A stretch of 64,000 bases of DNA from Octopus vulgaris. Taxonomy: Eukaryota. The notes under the pieces are model-generated. The model saw nothing but the letters and a program-made list of their open reading frames with translations, ran no database searches and was not told the origin of the DNA. Shown here piece after piece: positions 55,818-64,000 of this stretch; position 1 is the stretch's first letter, and every line of letters begins with the position of its first letter. The translations under genes were made by a program, and so were the position numbers. Location: NCBI GenBank assembly GCA_951406725.2, contig OX597834.1, forward strand, positions 44,268,001-44,332,000, in the 5' to 3' direction.

Positions 55818-56413
55818 TGTACATACATGCATCCATATACATATATATGTTTTTATATATATAAATATATACTTCTAATATAGGATGAAGCTTTTTTTTA
55901 CAGAAAAAATTTCCATCAAAAAATGTGGCAGCATATTAAAATACCTTTAAGGTTAAAATTATAAATAATTTATAAATAAGGGCTAAAGAAAATTATTTCT
56001 ATGCCAATATGCTGATAACAGACTTTTAAATCGTCAAGTTCCACATATTATTTACTCGCTACAGAAAACACGTAGAGGTGAATACGGGGAAAGCCAGCCA
56101 ATAGAATTCTTTAAAAAAGTTCGTTATTTCTATATTGAATCAATTTCGAAATTAATCTCATAATAGATTTTTTCCTCTTCAGTAGAAAATACGAAAAGAC
56201 ATAATTAAGATACATGCGCCCATGCAAAAAAGCCGAAGCAAAAATCATGAGTACATATAAGTACCCCAGATATATCTAAAAATAAAATCCTTTGGTCAGC
56301 CTCAGCACAACGTGTTGGCTGTTCTCCACTACAGCTTATAGTGGTTACCAGTCCCTATAGCGAGTAGTAATAAGTCTACTACTAATATAGGATGAAGTTT
56401 TTTTTACAGAAAA

Positions 56414-56535
56414 CGTTGTGAGTGTTTATTGAGCAAAAACACCTAAGCTCCACGAGTCTACGACGGGGGTGGGATGGGGTGAACCCCGCTGTACTCTTTC
56501 CCCTCAACTTTCTCTTACTCCTTCTTCCTACTTCT
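56414..56535 (+). mobile_element. SINE family B body fragment
   Basis: cgttgtgagtgtttattgagcaaaaacacctaagctccacg. Confidence 0.75.
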
Positions 56536-56819
56536 GCTACAAAGCAGAGGAACGATGGTGTAACCCACTATGGTGTGGTAAACTTTCAGACCCTAGTCTA
56601 GATTGCGAATCCTCTGTACCCCAGGATAGTTCAGCTCTCCACCCGTTAAAAGCCACCGTTTACGGAATGAGGATAACAACGTAGCTTTCGCACCCGTGCA
56701 ATCGCCAGTCTATCGCGTGTGGTGGTTGGATCTTCAAGTTGCCACACGCATTCTTAGTAGCTTAGAGTAGGCTCGAATTAGAGATTATTCTTTGTGGGTA
56801 ATGGCGTGAGTCCCGATTG

Positions 56820-56943
56820 GAAGAAGAAGAAGAAGAAGCAGAAGAAGAAGAAGAAGAAGAAGAAGAAGAAGAAGAAGAAGAAGAAGAAGAAGAAGAAGAA
56901 GAAGAAGAAGAAGAAGAAGAAGAAGAAGAAGAAGAAGAAGAAG
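56820..56943. repeat. (AAG)n microsatellite
   Basis: Direct reading. Confidence 0.95.
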
Positions 56944-57894
56944 ACAGTAGCAACAACAGCAGTAGCAACAACACTAGCTGAAACTGTAACGAAAGCAACA
57001 ACAACAACAACTATAACAACAAGAACACATTAAGCCATGTATATTTGTGCTCTAACATACACAGCTACGATGCCTGGATAGAAGAGTGCAGAGGAGAGCA
57101 GAAGAGAGCAGAGGAGAGCAGAAGCGAATGCAGCCATGAAGATATTCCAGCAGAAATGAAGCGAACAAAAGAACACAGTCGATGTTTGTAGGGGAAACAG
57201 TATGAGAGAGGAAGAAGGAGAGACAGAGAGAGAGGATGAGGATGAGGAATAGAATATAGAGGTAAAGGAGATAGAGAGTGGGTGTGAAGAAGACGTTAAG
57301 AGAAGGGAAAGAAGGAGAAGATTGCTGAAAGACTATGAGAAAGAGAGGTGAGAGAGAAAGAGAGGTGAGAGAGAAAGAGAGATAGAGAGAAAGAGTGAGA
57401 GCAGAAGGAGAGCGATGGATACGTATAGAGAGAGAAAGAAAGGAGAGGAAGTAAAGCAGATATAGAATGAGGCAATTAAAAGTAAGACAAAGAAATGGAC
57501 GGTAATTGGAGACGAAGCGAGATAAAGGAGTGTGTGTGTGTGTGCATGCGTGTGTGCATGTGTGTGTGTGTATAAGAACATAACAAGAGAGAGAGAGGGG
57601 GAAAGGAGGAAAAGGATGTTGGATGAAGCAAATACATTTACGGGACGCAAATAGGAAACAGTGATACGAGAGATATATAAATACAGACACACACAAATAA
57701 CACACCTGTCAGGTGTGTGTTCCGGTGATCAACTATGAAAAGTTCGTCAGAATGTACGAGTGATAGAGCTTACATGAATAGAACAGAAACTACAAACCAG
57801 GTTCAATCCGCAATATAAGCGATTTCATTTAGAAACTTGCTCGCTTTACTGACGAGAATATAATGCAGTGTCCATACTAATTCAGACGCGTTTG

Positions 57895-58051
57895 TTTTGG
57901 TCTTTCTCCGTCTATTTCCCTCCTCTCTTCGTCTAATCTTTCCGTAGAGGAGCGTCGGCTCGAAACGTAAAAAGACCTCTAACTTTTCTTGAGCATGAAA
58001 CTATTATACCCTGTTTGCTATTTTGCCCCGTCTTTTATTATTTTTTTTTAC

Positions 58052-58052
<1 letters not shown>
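57895..58052 (+). mobile_element. PLE-type pseudo-LTR fragment with decayed hammerhead, ending in (TA)n
   Basis: tcttt-CCGTAGA-ggagc(gtcg)gctc-GAAAC-GTA-aaaaga at 57937-57975. The tail resembles the reverse complement of 22710-22770. Confidence 0.5.
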
Positions 58053-58103
<51 letters not shown>

Positions 58104-58358
58104 AATTAGGGATGTGTTAATTTCATGAAGGGATGTTCATCCAAAATGAAGATATCAATTTATTTTTAATACGAAACTTTTCTTCCAAACAAGAAGGGAT
58201 GTTTTCATATGTGTTAATCCATCCAACGAAGATAGTCAATTTATTTTTAATACGAAACTGGGATGTTTTCATCCAAACGAAGATAGTCAATTTATTTTTA
58301 ATACGAAACTATTATTAACTTCCTAATCTCGATTTTCATTTCTTCTTTTAAATGGATG

Positions 58359-58445
<87 letters not shown>

Positions 58446-58465
58446 GTATATATATATGTATATAT

Positions 58466-58652
58466 GTAGGTCCCGGGTTGAGTCGGGGTTAACCACAGTA
58501 AATAAGGTACTCAATACATAGCAGAGTAAATTAATTTATTTTATAGAAGGAGTTTACAGGACTAGAACTGTTTCATTCAAATGAAATCTTCAGGAAGCAT
58601 GAAGATTTCATTTGAATGAAACAGTTCTAGTCCTGTAGAAGCTCCTTCTATA
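58466..58652. mobile_element. Fold-back PLE-type pseudo-LTR (about 50-bp arms) with hammerhead halves, within (TA)n
   Basis: 58542-58592 and 58600-58652 are inverted arms. Composite motif gcttc-CTGAAGA-...-GAAAcag(ttctagtc)ctGTA-gaagc. Confidence 0.65.
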
Positions 58653-58656
58653 TATG

Positions 58657-58734
<78 letters not shown>

Positions 58735-58737
<3 letters not shown>

Positions 58738-58945
58738 CTAATCCAAACGAGAAAACAGAAAAGACAACAGCACAAAGAGGTGGAACAATTAAAGTATTAT
58801 TATTAGGCGCTCAGGAAAAACGGGAAGAAGGAGGGTATGACGTTTCGAGCGGAGCTCTTCGTCGGAAACGTAAGAGAAAGAAAGATCCCGAGGTGGGAGG
58901 ACGGAGGGAAAAAACGCGACTGGTCTTCACGAGGTAAACATACTG
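58735..58945 (-). mobile_element. PLE pseudo-LTR with minimal hammerhead (58835-58869)
   Basis: gttt-CCGACGA-agagc(tcc)gctc-GAAAC-GTC-atac. Homologous to 22502-22700 and lies 3' of a GIY-YIG fragment on the same strand. Confidence 0.7.
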
Positions 58946-59311
58946 AAAATGTATATATACATATATATATACATATATACACACATATATATATATATTG
59001 TAGGTGCTAGAGTTGGTGTGTGAAAGCACGTGGTTGGTTGTATAAAAAATGAAAAAGAGTTCAAAAACTACAGAAGGCTCGTGTTATAAGGTTAAAGAAT
59101 ATATTTAAGTCGTTATGTTAGAAAAATATTATAAAATGTTGTGTATAGTAACATAGTTTTTGGAGAAATAACCGGTTTCGTATTTATTTTTCAATTTTCT
59201 CAAAATTTATTTACCTATACTGTGTTACGTCTTCGCTATGTTGTGAAATATGGGGTTCCAGGCAGAGGAAGGTAATCAGGGATTTCTTCAGGTATAATGG
59301 AGATAATCGCT

Positions 59312-59699
59312 TTATATTTGTTTCAATGAGATGAGTTTCCTTGTTTCAAAATGTGAGAAATAGTTAAGTTTTGACTTACATTTTTCAATAAAGAATGTTT
59401 CCTTGTTTAATCTAACTTGTGTTGGTGTTCCATTATCACATTGATAGAATGGAAAGATTATAAATTGTGGTAGTAGTTGCTTTGCGCATTTCTGTATGTG
59501 GTAGTAGTTGCTTTGCGCATTTCTGAATATGTCCACTAAAGGGTATCATTCTGTATTCTGGGAATGCAATCTGTTGTCGATGCAGAGTACCTCTGCGTCT
59601 GAGCGATAATCCTGTGGACCCTATGTAGTTTTCGTGGCAGCTCGAGCATCTTATGACATAAATTAGGTTTTCTGAAGCACAAGTAAAATTAGATTCAGC
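59312..59699 (-). pseudogene. Penelope-like (Neptune-type) GIY-YIG endonuclease fragment
   Basis: SNFTCASENLIYVIRCSSCHENYIGSTGLSLRRRGTLHRQQI...HIQKC...FYQC...RLNKETFFIEKCKSKLN. It has LIY-CxxC-YIG, the catalytic R and E, and a terminal LN. A 31-bp tandem duplication (59466-59525) shifts the frame. Confidence 0.9.
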
Positions 59700-59969
59700 C
59701 TATAGGAGCCCGTCAGATGGTATTTAAAGGAGAAATTTAATCATTACACTGTAGTTGTCAATTGTGGAACACGACTGACACTACTTCTACATAAACCTGA
59801 CTAGTCTTATCACAACAAATATATAATATTCTATTATGATATTGTAACATTCGAAAAATCGTAAATAATAAAGTGTGTTGAAATTTCATAGATTATATAT
59901 ATATATGTATAAATGCCTGTGTGTGTGTGTGTGTGTGTGCGTGTGTCTGTATACACACTCACCCACACA

Positions 59970-60100
59970 CACTTCAGTGCCTACCAAATTCGCTCACAAT
60001 GCTTTGCTCAGTTCAGGACTATACTAGAAGATACTTGCTCAAGGTGCTGTGTGGCTGGACTGAAAGCGAAACCAAGCAGATGTAAAGCAACCGTTTCCTA
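59970..60100 (-). mobile_element. SINE family A, degenerate
   Basis: cctaccaaattcgctcacaatgctttg...ctatactagaagatacttgctcaagg. Confidence 0.65.
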
Positions 60101-60395
60101 ACCTGTAAAGAATACTTATTAAAATATTCAATAGTTGAACAAGAAGATTTCAAGAGCAGCTAAATATGTAGTTACAGGCTAAACTTCACTTTATAATAAA
60201 TAATACCGAACAATTTTTTGTAATCTCCTGTTTTGATATGTAATTACTCTGCAAAAGAAATATTTTCCATTATTTTTTCAACTCTTATTTAAGCATATCT
60301 CACACAAATATGATATCTACATAAGAGTTTTGAATACTGAAATAACCAGGTGTGTTTGAAGAGGACACAACTTGGATTTTAACCGTATCTCTCTG

Positions 60396-60464
<69 letters not shown>

Positions 60465-60494
60465 ATGTTAGTCATTAAAAGAGAATCACTCCCC

Positions 60495-60622
60495 GGCGTG
60501 GCTGTGTGGTAACAATCTTGCTACCCAGCTACGTGGTTTCGGGTTCAGTCCCACTGCGTGACAACTCGGGCAGGTGTCTTCTACTATAGTCTCGGGCCGA
60601 CCAAAGCCTTGTGAATGGATTT

Positions 60623-60625
<3 letters not shown>
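60495..60625 (+). mobile_element. SINE family A, 3'-truncated at (TA)n; a family D head fragment follows (60660-60700)
   Basis: ggcgtggctgtgtggtaac...gggttcagtcccactgcgtg...gtgaatggatttggta. Confidence 0.8.
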
Positions 60626-60660
<35 letters not shown>

Positions 60661-61116
60661 AGGCGCATGTCTCAGTGGTTAGCGCGTCGAGCTTACCATC
60701 ACCAATCGTGCTGTTACTGGCATTGTTGCTGCTGCTGCTGTTGTCGACGGTGCTGCCGCTGGAGCCGTGGCTGTTGGTGTTAGCGTTGGCAAAGGTGGGG
60801 ATGGTGGTGGTATTGGAAATGCTATGGCCGTTGCCGGTTATGGAAGCAACGGCGATAGTATATCATCACGCTTCTCACCGGTGGGAGGAAATGAACAGTT
60901 TAAGTTACTTTAAATGCGCTTCGTACTATCACAAGCACCACACCCATTAACACAAGCATCACCAACAGCACCAACACCAGCACCACGACGACGACCACCA
61001 CCACCACCAGGACCACGACCATCGCTACCACCACTACCGCCGCCGCCACCACCACTACCACCACCAGAAACACCACCAACATTATTACCCCCACTACCAC
61101 CACAATTACCACTACT

Positions 61117-61337
61117 TATTTCTTTACTGCCCACAATGGGCTACACACAGAGGGGTCAAACAAGGACAGACAAACGGATTAAGTCGATTATATCGATCCC
61201 AGTGCGTAACTGGTACTTATTTAATCGACCCCGAAAGGATGAAAGGCAAAGTCGACCTCGGCGGAATTTGAACCCAGAACGTAACGGCAGACGAAATACC
61301 GCTAAGCATTTCGCCCCGGTCTGGTAACGTTTCGGCC
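61117..61337 (-). mobile_element. SINE family C, Tx1-tailed variant
   Basis: Tail ...cccctctgtgtgtagcccattgtgggcagtaaagaaata with family C core and head. Confidence 0.85.
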
Positions 61338-61487
61338 AATACTTCTACCTTCATTACACCACCATCACTACCAATACTACCACCATGACCAAAGCAATAA
61401 CAACAACAACAATAACACCAAACAAGGTCATCACCGGCACTGCAAAGGAAACAATAGCATGATACATGTTTACATCCATCTGTGTAT

Positions 61488-61541
<54 letters not shown>

Positions 61542-62472
61542 CTACTACTACTACTACTATTACTACTACTACTATTACTACTACTACTACTACTACTAAT
61601 ACTACTACTAGCTAAAATAAGAACAGTAGCACTTTACTGTAGCGAATCTAACAAAGACAATGCTCACTACAACTGACCCACAATCCTAAGTACAACCTCA
61701 CTGAAAAGCATATCCGAAAGCACAACTATCACCGCAACTACAACAACAGTCCCAACCATAGAAATATCCATAAACGCAACCACGTACAACACAACCTCCA
61801 CATCCACAATTACCAGCAAAAGAAGTGAAACCAATACCATTCCACCCCCAACAACCACAACTACAAAATCCACTACCACCACCACCACCACTACCAGTAC
61901 AACCATCACAATCATCACTACAACAACAATCCCATCAGCAACAACAACAACAACAGCGTCTTATTGTAAGGCAAGTAATTATATAATGTATAAATAGCAA
62001 TAGAAATGGTGATATACATTTGAGGTCAGTGAGGGAGAAAGAAACGAAAGTGAAAGTAGAATGAAGAAGAGCGCGAAAAAAATAACGAGAGAGAAATGTA
62101 AATTAAAAAATAGTAAAAAAACAAAACAGATGAAAAAAATAAGGAAAAAGACAACGAAAAAGCAAAACAAACGTAAGACAAGTAAATAATGGCGCAAAAC
62201 TAACAAAAGAGAAGACAAAATTAATTAATGAATTTTCTTTGGAATGGTTCGATGATATCCAAGAATTAGCTTTGTCTGCAATTGTCAGGAATTTCCTGTG
62301 AACAACAACATGGCGGATTCTCTAACATATCGTTAGAACTGAGCAGTGAGTGTTCTGAAGTACTCCTATCGACAAGTCATTACTATGTATTTATTAACCT
62401 TCACCTTTCTTTTTCTTCTTTATTTATCAGCATCAGTATCATCATCATCATCATCGTAAATGTCATCACCTT

Positions 62473-62892
<420 letters not shown>

Positions 62893-62953
62893 TAATCACC
62901 ATCATCACTGTCGCCAGCAACACCGTTATCAGCATAAAAGCAATTGTCTTACG

Positions 62954-63349
62954 GTTCTATATTTAAGAGATGAGGAATTATTTACATTATTTACATTATT
63001 TACATTCGACCGATATTTGTCCTCATCTTGTTTGTTGATAACACAACGTTTCGGCTGATATACCCGCCAACCTTCTTCAGTCATATGGCGTAGTGGTTAA
63101 GAGCGCGGGCTACTAAACCCAAGTTTCCGAGTTCGATTCCAAGCAGTGAGCTGAACAATAACAATAATAATAATAATAATAATAAGAACATCGAATAATA
63201 ACTTAGGAATGAGAACCCAGGTTCGAAATTTCCCCAAGACACATGAAGAAGGCTGGAGGGTATATCAGCCGAAACGTTGTGTTATCAACAAACAAGACGA
63301 GGACAAATATCCATCGAATGTAAATAATGTAAATAATGTAAATAATGTA
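62954..63349 (+). mobile_element. tRNA-headed element with PLE hammerhead tail and inverted upstream arm
   Basis: Inverted arm 62954-63080; tRNA-like head 63080-63151 (A-box tggcgtagtgg, B-box gagttcgattcc); (AAT)n; tail with gacac-ATGAAGA-aggctg..cagcc-GAAAC-GTT-gtgtt (63238-63283); (aatgtaaat)n end. Confidence 0.8.
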
Positions 63350-63785
63350 GCATTTGTCTTCATCACCACAAGCACCAACTTCACCACCACCACTACCATC
63401 ACCACCACCACCACCGCCACCAGCACCACCACCAGCACCACCACCACCATCACCACCACCATACCTACTGCTACCACCAACACCATTATCAACATCATCA
63501 CCACCACTACCGACAATACCACCGCGACCATCACAACCACCACCAGCACTACCACGACCATGACCACGACGACCACCATCACCATCATCACCATCACCAC
63601 CACCACTATTACCACCACCACCACCACTACCACAACCACCACCATCATCATCGGGAATACGATCTTCCTCATCAAAATCTTTATCGATTTCGATTTTCGT
63701 ATATTTTTAAATAGTGGGTGAATTGATTTGATATTGTTCACGAACAAGCTAACACTCAGTGTGACTGCTGCTGATGTCTAGGTCC

Positions 63786-63802
63786 ATCATCATCCTCACC
63801 AA

Positions 63803-63852
<50 letters not shown>

Positions 63853-63889
63853 CCAACATCATCATCATCATCACTATCACCATCATCGA

Positions 63890-63943
<54 letters not shown>

Positions 63944-63963
63944 CATCCTCATCATCATCATCG

Positions 63964-64000
<37 letters not shown>
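63786..64000. repeat. (CAT)n microsatellite
   Basis: Direct reading. Confidence 0.95.

Noticed and set aside
59165-59295. CTGAAGA ... GAAACCGGTT on the minus strand as a long hammerhead
   Set aside because: The two halves are about 105 nt apart with no convincing stem I or II.
60914-61327. Pro-rich 137-aa ORF
   Set aside because: It is (CCA)n low-complexity sequence read into a SINE.
63080-63151. Functional tRNA gene (also the SINE heads at 10012, 28470 and 34370)
   Set aside because: Stems are imperfect, there is no poly-T terminator, and each is fused to a repeat body. They are SINE heads.

Overview
This is eukaryotic, AT-rich, repeat-saturated non-coding DNA. The SINE families and the very high (TA)n/(CA)n/(TATC)n load match what I recall of Octopus (cephalopod) genomes; that taxon call is recognition, not a database search. 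No confident host gene, rRNA, tRNA or CRISPR array is present, and almost all ORF-track ORFs are microsatellite read-throughs. Recognisable content: about 25 tRNA-derived SINE copies in four head/core types with swapped tails; fossils of Tigger/pogo, mariner (4), Tc1-like, RTE and Tx1/L1 elements; and Penelope-like element (PLE) remains (a GIY-YIG endonuclease, an RT fragment, and several pseudo-LTR families with type-I hammerhead ribozymes, often as inverted pairs inside (TA)n). The most interesting signals are: (1) a tRNA-headed element with a PLE hammerhead tail and PLE-style inverted arm (63.0 kb and 45.6 kb); (2) a SINE subfamily sharing its 3' tail with a (TATC)n-associated Tx1 LINE, twice abutting the broken head of a related SINE; (3) apparent partitioning of microsatellite motifs among retroelement families.
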